From a virus (Duplodnaviria; Caudoviricetes), in the IMG/VR virus record IMGVR_UViG_3300032123_000052, positions 32,001 through 96,000 of that record: a stretch of DNA of 64,000 bases; one strand, written 5' to 3'. Positions 1 through 11,412 of the stretch are shown here, one piece after another. Numbering within the stretch: the stretch's first letter is position 1; each line of letters begins with the position of its first letter. A program made the translations under genes and the position numbers. Below the pieces are notes generated by a model, which ran no database searches, was not told where the DNA came from, and saw nothing but the letters and a program-made list of their open reading frames with translations.

Positions 1-3000
1 ATTTCTTCGAGAGCGCCTGAGCTTGATGGATATACATGCGATCGCCATCGCCATGTTGAGATATTTGCCCCCGACCTTTCAGACGCTGATTACCTTGAGT
101 CAAATCAGAACCGGAAGCACAATAGTAAGTGGGGAGAGCTTTCTTATATTTCGAGTACAACAGATTTCCCTGTAAACCAACCTTATGAGATATATGGTGA
201 TCGTGGTGGAAGTGGAGTCGTCTTTAACACAGGAGCTGATTTCTGCTCTATTAAAGGGATTCAGATATCATCTTCAATCCAGGGAGTGTTGGTTGATGGT
301 GCTAAAAACGTCACTGTGGAAGATAACATTGTAAAAGATTGTAAAGGCAATGGCATCACAGTAACTGGTAAAGAGAAATCGAATGAGAATCTTCTGGCAA
401 AAAATATTATTTATAAGTGTGGCGGAAGTGGGATAGAAATTCAGCACGGCGCTGCATTTGAAACATATTACGAAACGAAGTTTGGGACGCCAGCCACTAA
501 TGGTTTTATAATTACATCAATGTTCGGTCATTCTCATATTTTTAAGAAATATACCGTAACAGTTATAGCCAGTTCTGTAGACAGAATAGATTGGTTTCCT
601 GGTCGTGTTGTTATCTATGCCGATTCTGGATCAAGTGTTGGTGATATTCTTGCGAGCGGGAATATATTTGGAACCCCGTGGGGGACAATTACTGCTGATG
701 GTGTTGGCGCGGTAGGCGCATTGTCTGAAATTAGAATGGAAGATGCTGTTACCCTGCTCGAGTATCATGAAACTGGCCTTGGAATTAGACACTACCTGTA
801 TAACAACACAATAACAAAATGTCAACGTGGCATTTATATAGAAACACTTGTTGAGCAGGATTGGATAACCAATGTTGCTGTGTTGAGAAACAATGATATA
901 TTAGAATGTGAGCTGGATAATTATTACTCAACCCATGTGTTCCCGATTACCATACTCGCTGAGAACAACTGGTCTGATGACCAGTCAATATTGAACTTTT
1001 ATGGATCAAATAATGTCGATACACTTGCTCCGCGTTTTTTAAACACATCGGCTGAAGATTATCGCGCCACTCTTTACGATCTTGAAAGAATGGAAGGTAT
1101 TAACCTTGCTTCTGATGAGAATTTCCAGATCGAATATGATAATGTCGGCACTGAATATTCCACATATCCCCAGTGGGCTATTGGGGCGAATACATGGAAG
1201 TTCAGAAAAAAGTCAATTAATTGCTCTGTTGGTATTGAAGCCGGAAACCTTGATGAGTTTCCAGCCGGCAGAACGATAACAATTGAAGATGGCATAGCTG
1301 AATTCAGCTCAAGTGATATTAGCGGCGGTATAGGCGTTGGCGATAAAATTCAGTATGATGATGGTGGTCCTACTTATTGTTATCTTGCTGAGAAAGGTAC
1401 GAGTCATAGATGGTGTGTTGTTGATGATAGCGGAAATCACATCACCAGCCTTACCACAAAAGATGTAACTGATATTAAACGAGTATCAAACAGTTTGGAG
1501 GATGCGTTTAATACAGATATTACCACTGAGTTTTCAGATATAAGCGATAAGGATATTGCAGCTGACTTGCTTGATTTATACGTGTGGGGTTATGATGATG
1601 ACATTGATGATGTCGATGAGGTTGTTATAGACTCATGGACAACTACTCCATTTTATAGAATATATGTGCAATCCCCGTGGGACACGCGGACTCAATGCAT
1701 GTCTCGGCAGATGCATACCGGTATATGGAATGGGTACCGTGTTGTATCAGACGATGAGCCGAACGGGTCTGGCGGAATAGTAATCAGCATTATTAACACA
1801 AACCACATAGTAATTCGTGGAATCAGCGTAGAACCTCCCCCGCTCGCTGGAATAGGAATTGGAACTGATTCTGGAAGAGATGGTGTTATAATTGAAAATA
1901 ATGTGGTCAGAAATGGTGATATCGGAATAAATGTGCTTGGGGCTCTTGGCTGTGGCAACAGGGTGTATGGGAACATCCTTTATGACCAGGCCACCACAAA
2001 CATATCTGTCAATGGTGGAAGCGCGATTAACAATACTGCAATAGGAGCATCAACAAACGGTATTATAGTTACAAGCGCCGTTGATGATAATATAAATAAT
2101 ATTTGTCAAGACCAAATCACATGTTTCGGTGGGTTGGCAACGCCACGAGTCTGTATCAGCAGCGACGGCTCTGCCGGAACTAACGATGAATGCATGTCAA
2201 ACGTCACACTTAATTTCGCTGATAAAGCTGGTAAAGATTTCCACCTCCATAGAAGCGACTGGCATGCACTGAATCGCGGAGTAAAGTTCAATTCAATTCT
2301 TCCATTCAGATATATGTCCAGCGCGTATGCTACGTACTCATTTTATCGAGATATTGATAATGAGCTGATCGAAGATGGTGGTTGGTCAATAGGCGCTGAC
2401 TCATTTATTGAAATGGAAACGGTTGATCTGTATTTCTCTGCTTCGCGGGATACAACTAATTTTAGAAAAGGAACAAGCCCGTATCTTGAAATTGCAGATG
2501 GTGTCATGACTTTTTCTGAGCCTCAAGATGGCGAGGCTATGGGGATTGGTGATAAAGTTGATTACGATATTGACAATAAAATTTGCTATCTGTATAGGAA
2601 GGCCTCTGATATTGTATGGGAGGTACGTGGCAAATTTGGAATTGTCCCGCCAAATACAAGTGGGCCAATCGATTTAAACGCAATTAATAGAGCGTTTACA
2701 ATTACAACATTTAATTTGTTTGACCAGACACATGCCGGTAGTATTCAACAATTTCTTGGTGACAGCAATAACCCGTTTGTCCATTTAAGAACATCACGAT
2801 ACTCTTTGAATATTGCTATGTATAAGCACTCTATCGAACAAGAAGCTATAACATTGCGATATTTTGATAGTTATGAAAACAATCGTATCAGGTTGTTTGC
2901 ACCGAGAGATATACGCAATGAGTGTAATATATCCCAGGCTCATAATGGAAATGCTACGACCACCAATGACCAAGTATGGGTACGGTCTCAAGCGCCACCC

Positions 3001-6000
3001 CACGCCATTGACATGTATATCGATTATGCTGAGATAGATGGTATCATAGTCTCCGGCGACGCGGCAAATAGCACTGATTCAATAAGGCTGTTAAAGGCCA
3101 ATAATTGTAAAATCGTTAATAATCTACTATGGGGCGGAGTAAACGGAATTGCTCCTGTTGATATGGGGCATGATGATTTTACCGGTGATCATTTTCTTGG
3201 TACTATAAGAACTGATATATGGGACACAGCTTTTTATAGCAATTGGGAATTGCGAAACGTTCCTGGTGTTGGGTATGTTGCAATACCAGCATGGTCTCAA
3301 ATTGGTGTTATAAGTGATTTGACATCAGGCGCTGATAAATCTGGTGATTTTGATTATGAATTCGGTATGGTATTGGGCTCTGATAATTCAGTTGGTCAGA
3401 AACTCAGATTTATCCTTGATGATGGCGCTATTAAAGCTGAGTGTAACTGGGAAGATGGAACCCTCGATTTTGGCGGATCTCAATTAAATTTTCCATGGCT
3501 ATTTAATCGCGAATATAAAATGCGTATGGTTCGCGGCGGCACTATAACATCTGATGGTCTTTATGTAGATGATGTTGGAGAAGATAGCACCACTTCTCTT
3601 TATTATCTTGATAATTTTAATGATGGTGATGGGCATGGTTCTGGAAAATGGGCTAAACATCCTGGAGCATACACATCATGGTCTGGGGATCATCATATAG
3701 AAGTAGAAGGTCCGAAAGCACATGGATTCAGCTATATCGATTTATGGGTTGCGTCGGAGCCACTTCCTGGCGGAACAAAAATGGTTGGAAAGAATTCCAA
3801 TAATATCATTGTAAATAATACAATTTGGGACAAAGAGGGTGGCGGTATTATTACCTCAGATACTGATATTATTTACAATAACACTGTTGACGATTGTGAT
3901 CTATATTGCTATCGCAACTCTGCTTCTGATTTACTGATAAATAATATTGGGCAACGTGGAACTTCTGGGGCTTTTTACAATGGCGACACTGCTGAATTTT
4001 GTGTAGCTGATGACACGTCATTGGTAGTGACTGATGAGAATAGAAATATTAATAGTTTAACTTTAACTTTTGTTGACAAAATAAGCCCTATTGCGAGGAG
4101 GAATTATCATTTGGCATTGGCGACCGACTACCTCGCAATATGGTCAGCAAAACATCTTATTGGAAACCCAGACTATCCGTTTAATATTGATGGTGGTGGT
4201 GTGCCGAGGCGTCGTAAATGGGATCGTGGTTCTCTGGAATATCAATCGAAAAAAGTTATTTACGCCATTGGGGATGCCTACGTCGATCATCAGACAAAGC
4301 CTGGTGTTGGCGGTCTTACTTACATTATTAATGAAATCAATGGTAAGAGTTATATAGATTTCTATGTTCCGCAAACAAAGCTGAGTATGGGTGTTGGAAG
4401 TCAAGTTGTTGATATTGGCAACTCGTTCCCAAATGGCTGCCTTATCATAGAAAAAATAACCGAGACAAAATGGATAGTTGTTGATTATGCCGGTAATAGT
4501 ATAGCTGATAGATCAGGTTCTGTTTTTAGCATCAATAGGATTTTCAGCACATTATATGAGGCACTTGACACTTCTGGAATTGTAAGTTCTACTTATCTTA
4601 ACTCATCATCTCTTTATGCCGTCGGTGTATATGTTGAGCTTGCCTGTTATAACGAAGGAATAGGCAGAATGGTTCAACAAGCGCTAAATATTGATTCAAT
4701 AGCGTGTGATAAACATCATAATTTGCGAATAAAAACACCATACGACACAGTGACGGAATGTAATATATCGCAGAGGCATGATGGGTTGTACGATGAAGGA
4801 TTTAGATTTGAGCCTGAAGTGTTTAATGGTAGTACGGCTTCTATGTATTTCTTCCAGATGCTGTATGTCGAAATAGAAGGCATACTTCTTAATGCAGATG
4901 ATACCATTAAGGATGGAATACACCTGTTTGACTGTCGCGATGCGTACGTTGGGTATAATGTAATAAAGGATTGTGGCGGAAATGGCATATTGCTTGAGCA
5001 GGCGACAAACCCTGAAGATATCATTTTTAATAATCTGGTTTACGATTGTGTCAGAGACGGAATTGTTATAAAGGCCAATTTTAATCCATGGTTTTCTATA
5101 TTAACTCGCGTCAACAATAATACTGTCGTAAACTGCAGAAGGGCGTTTTATCTTGAAAAAGCAGATAAGAGTTATTCTGATGGCTTGTCAGTAGAGTTGA
5201 GAAACAATATTGCCCAGGATTCAAGATATCAGGATTATGTGTCAACCTATGAGAACTATTTTGGCAGATTCGCATTGTACAATTGTATCAGTGGTGATTT
5301 CTCATCATGGCTATTTCCCGGAATAAATAATATAAGAAATCAATATGTCAGATTCATCGGCAGGCCAGACAATTTTAATCTTCATAAAATACAGGACGGT
5401 TTTGCTGTAGATGATGCTTTGGATTTAAGTACTGATTGGCTGTATTCATTTTTCGATGATATAGGTGGCCGCCTGCGTGATTCAGGCGATTATGATAGAG
5501 GGGCGTTTGAAGTGGTTGATGTGTTTGGGTCTGGCAATCTTATCACCGGACCTGTTGAGATAAGTGGTATAGGTTTTGAGGGTATTGATTATCCTCTACT
5601 TATAATACATCTTCGTGATACTGTTGATGATTATCTTCCACATATCGATCCAGTGTATCAGTTTATTAATATTGAAGGCGCCACTGTCGATACTGATATA
5701 AATGCGTTTCTTGCTTCATTACCTACCACCGACAATGTTATAATTTATGTACAGGGCGGAATTGTAAAACAGGGAACTTTTGAACTTCAGGACAGAAACC
5801 CACGCACTGTTACGATTAAAACATATCCACCTGAAGTTTATCTTGGGCCAGCTTCTCATATATATTTAGGACCAATAGTTGATGGCACCAGCGACCAGGC
5901 ATTGCTTACATATGACGGTATGAAAATTTATAGTGAATCGGCCGCTGCACAGGATTATTTACTTGATAACACTGCGGTTACTAAGGCTCTGAGATTTATA

Positions 6001-6102
6001 AATTCTATTATCCAAGTAAATAAAGATAGTGTGATTGATAATATTCCTGATGCAACTGTTAAGGTAACTAATTCACTAATTGCATATCGAAATGGCCCTT
6101 AA
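1..6102 (+). CDS. Giant virion surface/tail protein with right-handed beta-helix (pectin-lyase-like) repeats and repeated modules; 5' partial
   Basis: Frame is open from base 1 (no stop before the ORF-track start at 286). Many NN/GI beta-helix strands (ENNIVKDCKGNGI, YNVIKDCGGNGI, NNLVYDCVRDGI) and a recurring module ending P-x-D-T-x-x-x-C-N/M-x-S. Confidence 0.7.
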   Translation: MSSRAPELDGYTCDRHRHVEIFAPDLSDADYLESNQNRKHNSKWGELSYISSTTDFPVNQPYEIYGDRGGSGVVFNTGADFCSIKGIQISSSIQGVLVDGAKNVTVEDNIVKDCKGNGITVTGKEKSNENLLAKNIIYKCGGSGIEIQHGAAFETYYETKFGTPATNGFIITSMFGHSHIFKKYTVTVIASSVDRIDWFPGRVVIYADSGSSVGDILASGNIFGTPWGTITADGVGAVGALSEIRMEDAVTLLEYHETGLGIRHYLYNNTITKCQRGIYIETLVEQDWITNVAVLRNNDILECELDNYYSTHVFPITILAENNWSDDQSILNFYGSNNVDTLAPRFLNTSAEDYRATLYDLERMEGINLASDENFQIEYDNVGTEYSTYPQWAIGANTWKFRKKSINCSVGIEAGNLDEFPAGRTITIEDGIAEFSSSDISGGIGVGDKIQYDDGGPTYCYLAEKGTSHRWCVVDDSGNHITSLTTKDVTDIKRVSNSLEDAFNTDITTEFSDISDKDIAADLLDLYVWGYDDDIDDVDEVVIDSWTTTPFYRIYVQSPWDTRTQCMSRQMHTGIWNGYRVVSDDEPNGSGGIVISIINTNHIVIRGISVEPPPLAGIGIGTDSGRDGVIIENNVVRNGDIGINVLGALGCGNRVYGNILYDQATTNISVNGGSAINNTAIGASTNGIIVTSAVDDNINNICQDQITCFGGLATPRVCISSDGSAGTNDECMSNVTLNFADKAGKDFHLHRSDWHALNRGVKFNSILPFRYMSSAYATYSFYRDIDNELIEDGGWSIGADSFIEMETVDLYFSASRDTTNFRKGTSPYLEIADGVMTFSEPQDGEAMGIGDKVDYDIDNKICYLYRKASDIVWEVRGKFGIVPPNTSGPIDLNAINRAFTITTFNLFDQTHAGSIQQFLGDSNNPFVHLRTSRYSLNIAMYKHSIEQEAITLRYFDSYENNRIRLFAPRDIRNECNISQAHNGNATTTNDQVWVRSQAPPHAIDMYIDYAEIDGIIVSGDAANSTDSIRLLKANNCKIVNNLLWGGVNGIAPVDMGHDDFTGDHFLGTIRTDIWDTAFYSNWELRNVPGVGYVAIPAWSQIGVISDLTSGADKSGDFDYEFGMVLGSDNSVGQKLRFILDDGAIKAECNWEDGTLDFGGSQLNFPWLFNREYKMRMVRGGTITSDGLYVDDVGEDSTTSLYYLDNFNDGDGHGSGKWAKHPGAYTSWSGDHHIEVEGPKAHGFSYIDLWVASEPLPGGTKMVGKNSNNIIVNNTIWDKEGGGIITSDTDIIYNNTVDDCDLYCYRNSASDLLINNIGQRGTSGAFYNGDTAEFCVADDTSLVVTDENRNINSLTLTFVDKISPIARRNYHLALATDYLAIWSAKHLIGNPDYPFNIDGGGVPRRRKWDRGSLEYQSKKVIYAIGDAYVDHQTKPGVGGLTYIINEINGKSYIDFYVPQTKLSMGVGSQVVDIGNSFPNGCLIIEKITETKWIVVDYAGNSIADRSGSVFSINRIFSTLYEALDTSGIVSSTYLNSSSLYAVGVYVELACYNEGIGRMVQQALNIDSIACDKHHNLRIKTPYDTVTECNISQRHDGLYDEGFRFEPEVFNGSTASMYFFQMLYVEIEGILLNADDTIKDGIHLFDCRDAYVGYNVIKDCGGNGILLEQATNPEDIIFNNLVYDCVRDGIVIKANFNPWFSILTRVNNNTVVNCRRAFYLEKADKSYSDGLSVELRNNIAQDSRYQDYVSTYENYFGRFALYNCISGDFSSWLFPGINNIRNQYVRFIGRPDNFNLHKIQDGFAVDDALDLSTDWLYSFFDDIGGRLRDSGDYDRGAFEVVDVFGSGNLITGPVEISGIGFEGIDYPLLIIHLRDTVDDYLPHIDPVYQFINIEGATVDTDINAFLASLPTTDNVIIYVQGGIVKQGTFELQDRNPRTVTIKTYPPEVYLGPASHIYLGPIVDGTSDQALLTYDGMKIYSESAAAQDYLLDNTAVTKALRFINSIIQVNKDSVIDNIPDATVKVTNSLIAYRNGP

Positions 6103-6167
6103 GGGAGTTAAATGTGGCAATAAGTAGTTTCGGATAAATATCAACTTTTTTAGAAAGGTGACACGTT

Positions 6168-6686
6168 ATGTCGATAAAATTATTAAGAGAATACGGAGTT
6201 GGAACGATAATTGATTTTGCATTGTTCGATCCACCAGGCGCGAACCTTATCGCCACAGCGGTTCATGCTGCGGGAGATACGAAAATATCTATAGATGGCG
6301 CCTCAGAAAATCCAACTATTAATGGATTTGTCAATGTTGATCAGGGGTACAGGATTGCGCTTGACGCGGCAGAAGTTACCGGGAAAAGCATGCGTATTCC
6401 AATTGTAGACCAAGACCCTTCAAAAGTATGGCTCGACGATTTCATACTTATAGAGACATACGGGCATGCGCTTGCGATGCACCAATTTGCTACATTGAAT
6501 ATGCTCATTGATGGCGTTACTGTTGAGCACATTCACGAATTGCTCATGGCAATGGCGAATGGCCGATTTCTAAAAGATACTCCAACTACCAATGATATAA
6601 CTTTTTATAAACGCGACAATTTGACACCGTTAACGGTGGTACATGTTGATGACCAAACGGGTGAAAGAACCAGGCTCTCTCCATAA
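6168..6686 (+). CDS. Hypothetical virion-associated protein
   Basis: 172-aa ORF, AAAGG RBS-like sequence upstream, co-oriented in the structural block. Confidence 0.6.
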   Translation: MSIKLLREYGVGTIIDFALFDPPGANLIATAVHAAGDTKISIDGASENPTINGFVNVDQGYRIALDAAEVTGKSMRIPIVDQDPSKVWLDDFILIETYGHALAMHQFATLNMLIDGVTVEHIHELLMAMANGRFLKDTPTTNDITFYKRDNLTPLTVVHVDDQTGERTRLSP

Positions 6687-6699
6687 CGGAAGGTAGCAA

Positions 6700-7602
6700 G
6701 TGGCCGATCTGCATTTAGTAAAAAATGGAAATAACGGAAATGAAATTCAGAATTCCATTGTGATATCGTATAATGGCAACGATTTAGACTTTTCTACTAC
6801 TGACACCCCGGTGGGAGATGTGGTCTATAATCTAATGACGTATAATTATGGTGCTGGAAACCTTGGAATAGTGAATCCAGTATCAAATGTTATTGCGTCT
6901 CAACCAAATGCTGATCCGTTATTTACAGAGGCAGAACTTACTGAGCAACTGTTTGATATTGATGAGGTAATGGAAAAAGCATTTCTTCCACAGAAGCTAT
7001 CACCAGTTTTGGATAAAGGGGACAATCAGTTCGTTACTGATATACCTGTTGATATCGTTGGTAACCGCAGAGTTTATATTTCAGGTCTTGTCGATATTGG
7101 TCCGTACGAGCTTGAAGTGCATCAACTGCATTTCGTATCTGAACAAATCAGATCTATTTTTCAGGATAAAATAAGAATCGATTACACCAATCAAAGATTC
7201 ACCCCGGTCACCAGCGATGATATTTATGAAGATTTGTGGGATCAGTTTTTACTTAATCCGGAATATAGAGAAGAGTTCTCTCGTGAATCAAAAGTTATTA
7301 TTAAAATGAAAACAATCGAATCGAAATTTAAGATATCAACAGACAAGATTGATCTTCCTCTGGCTGAATATGAAGCATATTATGATAGAGGGAAAATGTC
7401 AATTATAGTATCAAAAACCGATGATTTTTTTGGCAACATGGTGAATAGTATATTTGATGATGGTAGATATGTGTTTTTCTTTAGTGAAATCGACAGTAAA
7501 CTTTTTGTGTATATAAATCCAACTTATAATAAAGGCAAGTCTGGTAAAACAAATGTTGTCAATGAGGTCCGCGCTGGCGGCTTGTCAATGGTGAATAGAT
7601 AA
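6700..7602 (+). CDS. Hypothetical virion-associated protein
   Basis: 300-aa ORF, GTG start after AAGG, tightly packed in the operon. Confidence 0.6.
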   Translation: MADLHLVKNGNNGNEIQNSIVISYNGNDLDFSTTDTPVGDVVYNLMTYNYGAGNLGIVNPVSNVIASQPNADPLFTEAELTEQLFDIDEVMEKAFLPQKLSPVLDKGDNQFVTDIPVDIVGNRRVYISGLVDIGPYELEVHQLHFVSEQIRSIFQDKIRIDYTNQRFTPVTSDDIYEDLWDQFLLNPEYREEFSRESKVIIKMKTIESKFKISTDKIDLPLAEYEAYYDRGKMSIIVSKTDDFFGNMVNSIFDDGRYVFFFSEIDSKLFVYINPTYNKGKSGKTNVVNEVRAGGLSMVNR

Positions 7603-7604
7603 TT

Positions 7605-10600
7605 ATGCTAAGACTTACAAACGCACAAAGATCAACGTATCACCATAAAACCATAACTGAGTTTTCCGATATTAGCCATTTAATAGCGACTGGTGTTGCA
7701 AAAGGTTACGCGTCCAATAAGTATTCGTGGGTTTCTGACTTTCTGTTTAAGCATGCTGGAAACACATCTATTAATCCTCACATAGGGTATGCAGCATTCT
7801 ACAGTGAGAGAGATATATTTCAGCAAGAATATGGAAATGTAGTTAGGCTTCAGGATGAATATCCATTTCTCAGTGAGTATGATTATTCTATATTTCCGAA
7901 ACACTATGGCGAACTTTCTACAAAACAATATTTTAAAGTTGGGCAGAAGTTCTCGGAATATGATATTATCCAGTATTTAAATTTTTCCAAGTTTTATCCA
8001 CTGACCACCGGGTCAACAGATCTTGAATATTCAAGAGGCAGGGTTAAATTTAATATTAATCATGGGCGGTATAGAAATCCTGCTTTTTATGCTCAGGGCT
8101 ATAAGTTGGATATGAGTGACAATGAAGAGGGCCAGGAGTATGAATATTTCGATAGATATTTGTGGACGAACCCAAAAGATATTGAGCCTGGCAATAGTGT
8201 GTACAAAGAGTATATAATCAATGAAACAGATTTTGACATAACTCTTCTTCCGGTATTTACTGATTACTACGGCGACAGTGATATACCTGCTATAATTGCT
8301 TTTAATCAAAATAACAATGATATAAAGAGATTGTTTGATTACAAACTATTGATTGATAATCCTGAATTTCATCATTTTCCTGTTGGCGCTAATAATTGGG
8401 TTGTTAATCAAAATAATATTAATGCTGGAAGTGGTAAATATTATCCATACGTAGGTTTTGTACAATGTTTTCTTGATGGTTGGAAGTTTATATCTCCGTA
8501 TTATGAGTACCAAAACCCATCATTGGTACCACCAGCCCAAGGATATATACAATTCTATCCTGAAATTACTCAGAATGGTGTGTTAGAGCCAGCTAAAGTA
8601 TTAATTAATTGGGGGAGATACTTACATGGCGGCGCTGCCATTCCAAGATCTGGTGTATGCGTTTTTAATTCAGGAATACATCTTGGAGAAGCTGATGACC
8701 AATCGAGAATTGTATACAACATTTGCAAACACATGACAATATGGGATAGTGCCTCAGAACGGTTTGTGCTATATAAAAAAGCTCCTAAATACCCTGGGCA
8801 CCTCACGGGCGAAGACGTTCTATTCGGCATAGATTTAGACACAGAACGCAACAGAAGAAATTCTGCAGTTATTATGACTGAACCATATTTTACCGTGAAG
8901 CCAATAGCAAACGGGCAAGCTGCGAAAATATCATTTGTTGATTATAAAAACACCCCGATAGAACATACCGATTTTGAAGACTTTGAAAACGACCCATCGA
9001 TGTATTTAAAAATTAAAGCGCCGCTCACATTTATTAAAGAGCTTGACCGACACCTGGCGCTTAATGAAGTTAACACTGACATAATTGATACATTGATTAT
9101 AAAAAATCCTCGACCAAATTATGAGATGTTTAATTCAGACGCGCTTTTTTATGACAATTTCGGCGATGACAACAAGACATTGCTGTATCGTCAGGAATTC
9201 TGCCTTGATGACCTTATTGAGGGAATGGTTGGAGCCGGGACACATAGAAAGTTTTTTATAACAGCGTTTGGCCCGCGGGCAAACAAGTACAGCGATGATG
9301 AAATGAAGGTGTCAGGAATGGGGTTTGTGTGCAAAACAATGGTTAATCAGGCTGGTGAGATTCAACTTGGACACGATGAATATCTACACGTTTATTGTAA
9401 TAACCACACTTTTACAAACGCACCACCAGCAGGTGACAGCGACCCGGACCACGCTATACCAAATATTGATATTGAAGTATTAACAGACACATCAATTGTC
9501 ACCCGGATACAGCAGCACGAAAAATTCAAACCAATGTTAAAACTTCCAGGGATAAATGGATATATAAAAATATTGGAAAGAAATTCACACTTTAAAATAA
9601 ATAGGGCACCAGATGGTGAATATGAAATTATATACAATGTTGAGTTTCCATTTTGCCCAGGCTCCACCTATGAACGCATCGTAATGAATTTTGGAATAGT
9701 TGAAGGTATTACTCCTGAAACTTCAGGGCAGCATATAAATCATGAATTCCTTCTTAGTCAGATATTTTATAAAGCTGATTATATAAACGCAGGCTCTTGG
9801 GAAGTAACAGAAGTTGGCCCAGATAAAAGATACGACCTAACCAACGAGAGGTATTCGCCATTTGGTGATGATTCGTTTACTCATCACGAATTGTTTCAAC
9901 AGATTAGCCCTACGCTTGATATATTCAATTGTATCAGTATACCGTGGGTTCATTATTATTATGACGAAATATTTACGTTTGAAGAATTTGATAAACCAAT
10001 TCTCCATAGCGAAACGATTCAATATCCTGCAAGACTTATCTGGGAGCCACTTGAATGGAATTTGCTAAGCCTTATTAAACCGCAAACCCTGGGATTTGAA
10101 AAGTATGGAACATATAATATAAATGTACTTCAAGACAGAAAGCTTTTTTCTATTGATAATGCCATTGAGTATTTCTCGAGCGATTTACAATTAATTGCGC
10201 TTGCTGATAACAGGCAGTGGCAGTTCGACAAAGATAAATACGCATCATTCATCGGCAGAGAAAATCCTGCATATGTCTGTGAGATGGATATCTCTACACT
10301 TTTTGAAGACTTTCAGACGTACCAAGTCAAAAATGGCGCAATACCTGATGTTAAAAGGTGGCTCTATGGATATTTTTCAGGATTTGCCCATATGATGGCA
10401 ACGACCTCAGATCCTGAAACGAGAAGTGAAACAACCGCCCCTGGGTCAGAGTTTATAACCACACAGGCCGCACAATCAAATATCGTTATTGAAATATGGG
10501 ACGCTGGTTCTGATATAGGCAATGGGAAGTCTGGAAATTGGAGACCGCTATCGTCGATATCGTCAGACACTGAAAAAATTGCTGGTGAATTGATCTTAGA

Positions 10601-11366
10601 TAATATGTTTATATATCTTGATGACGACCCCACTCCGAATGCACTGCATGTAAATGAATTTGAAGACATTTGGTCGTTTTACCTCGGCCATTATAATCCT
10701 GAACATTTTCCTGATTTTCCACCTGAGTGGCAACCTGGTGGTGAAAAATCTTTATTACTTGATGGTCAGTCAAACCTCGTTTTGTCTGATTCGTATGGAA
10801 TAAGGAATTATCATATTGTATATGCACAGTGGGAACCGGTTGACACTGTTCAGGCTTATAAAGTGTGGATACGATACGATGAAACCAAGGATGATTTGTT
10901 TGTTCTCAATAAAACTGTTATTGATATGGACAATCTTCCAAGTGAATTTGGGTACCTTGCAATACATAAGCCGGAGAAGTTCTTAAGTAAAAATGCGAAT
11001 TTTGTTTTAAATACAAATGCACCATCGCCGACAAATCTTAATGAATCTGTTGTTAAATATATTGACATTCGATCTCAAGAAGGTACCGGTGGAATCCCTG
11101 GTTTTGATCGGTATGTCGATAACGAAAATAAAATACGTTTCAGAATAAGAGTTCGCAGATACAAAGATTATCCAGTAAATTATATAGATGAGGACACCAG
11201 CGACACACAATACATTGGAGGCGATGTGGTAACTGGTGATGAGTGGATGAATTTCCCATGGGGAGACGGCGTAATATTTGATATTGCTTTTGATTGGGGC
11301 AAGGTTGCCACGCTCGAACGCTTAAGGAAATTTGGCCTTACTTATTTTAAATGTGCCTCTAGGTGA
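7605..11366 (+). CDS. Large hypothetical structural protein (tail/baseplate region)
   Basis: 1253-aa aromatic/acidic ORF starting 2 nt after the previous stop; no family recognised. Confidence 0.55.
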   Translation: MLRLTNAQRSTYHHKTITEFSDISHLIATGVAKGYASNKYSWVSDFLFKHAGNTSINPHIGYAAFYSERDIFQQEYGNVVRLQDEYPFLSEYDYSIFPKHYGELSTKQYFKVGQKFSEYDIIQYLNFSKFYPLTTGSTDLEYSRGRVKFNINHGRYRNPAFYAQGYKLDMSDNEEGQEYEYFDRYLWTNPKDIEPGNSVYKEYIINETDFDITLLPVFTDYYGDSDIPAIIAFNQNNNDIKRLFDYKLLIDNPEFHHFPVGANNWVVNQNNINAGSGKYYPYVGFVQCFLDGWKFISPYYEYQNPSLVPPAQGYIQFYPEITQNGVLEPAKVLINWGRYLHGGAAIPRSGVCVFNSGIHLGEADDQSRIVYNICKHMTIWDSASERFVLYKKAPKYPGHLTGEDVLFGIDLDTERNRRNSAVIMTEPYFTVKPIANGQAAKISFVDYKNTPIEHTDFEDFENDPSMYLKIKAPLTFIKELDRHLALNEVNTDIIDTLIIKNPRPNYEMFNSDALFYDNFGDDNKTLLYRQEFCLDDLIEGMVGAGTHRKFFITAFGPRANKYSDDEMKVSGMGFVCKTMVNQAGEIQLGHDEYLHVYCNNHTFTNAPPAGDSDPDHAIPNIDIEVLTDTSIVTRIQQHEKFKPMLKLPGINGYIKILERNSHFKINRAPDGEYEIIYNVEFPFCPGSTYERIVMNFGIVEGITPETSGQHINHEFLLSQIFYKADYINAGSWEVTEVGPDKRYDLTNERYSPFGDDSFTHHELFQQISPTLDIFNCISIPWVHYYYDEIFTFEEFDKPILHSETIQYPARLIWEPLEWNLLSLIKPQTLGFEKYGTYNINVLQDRKLFSIDNAIEYFSSDLQLIALADNRQWQFDKDKYASFIGRENPAYVCEMDISTLFEDFQTYQVKNGAIPDVKRWLYGYFSGFAHMMATTSDPETRSETTAPGSEFITTQAAQSNIVIEIWDAGSDIGNGKSGNWRPLSSISSDTEKIAGELILDNMFIYLDDDPTPNALHVNEFEDIWSFYLGHYNPEHFPDFPPEWQPGGEKSLLLDGQSNLVLSDSYGIRNYHIVYAQWEPVDTVQAYKVWIRYDETKDDLFVLNKTVIDMDNLPSEFGYLAIHKPEKFLSKNANFVLNTNAPSPTNLNESVVKYIDIRSQEGTGGIPGFDRYVDNENKIRFRIRVRRYKDYPVNYIDEDTSDTQYIGGDVVTGDEWMNFPWGDGVIFDIAFDWGKVATLERLRKFGLTYFKCASR

Positions 11367-11395
11367 TTGATTGATTGTAATAAATATTGTATATT
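11367..11395 (+). promoter_or_regulatory. Sigma70-like promoter
   Basis: TTGATT-17 nt-TATATT, followed by a GGAGG RBS and ATG at 11413. Confidence 0.5.
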
Positions 11396-11412
11396 GAAGG
11401 TACGGAGGTCTT

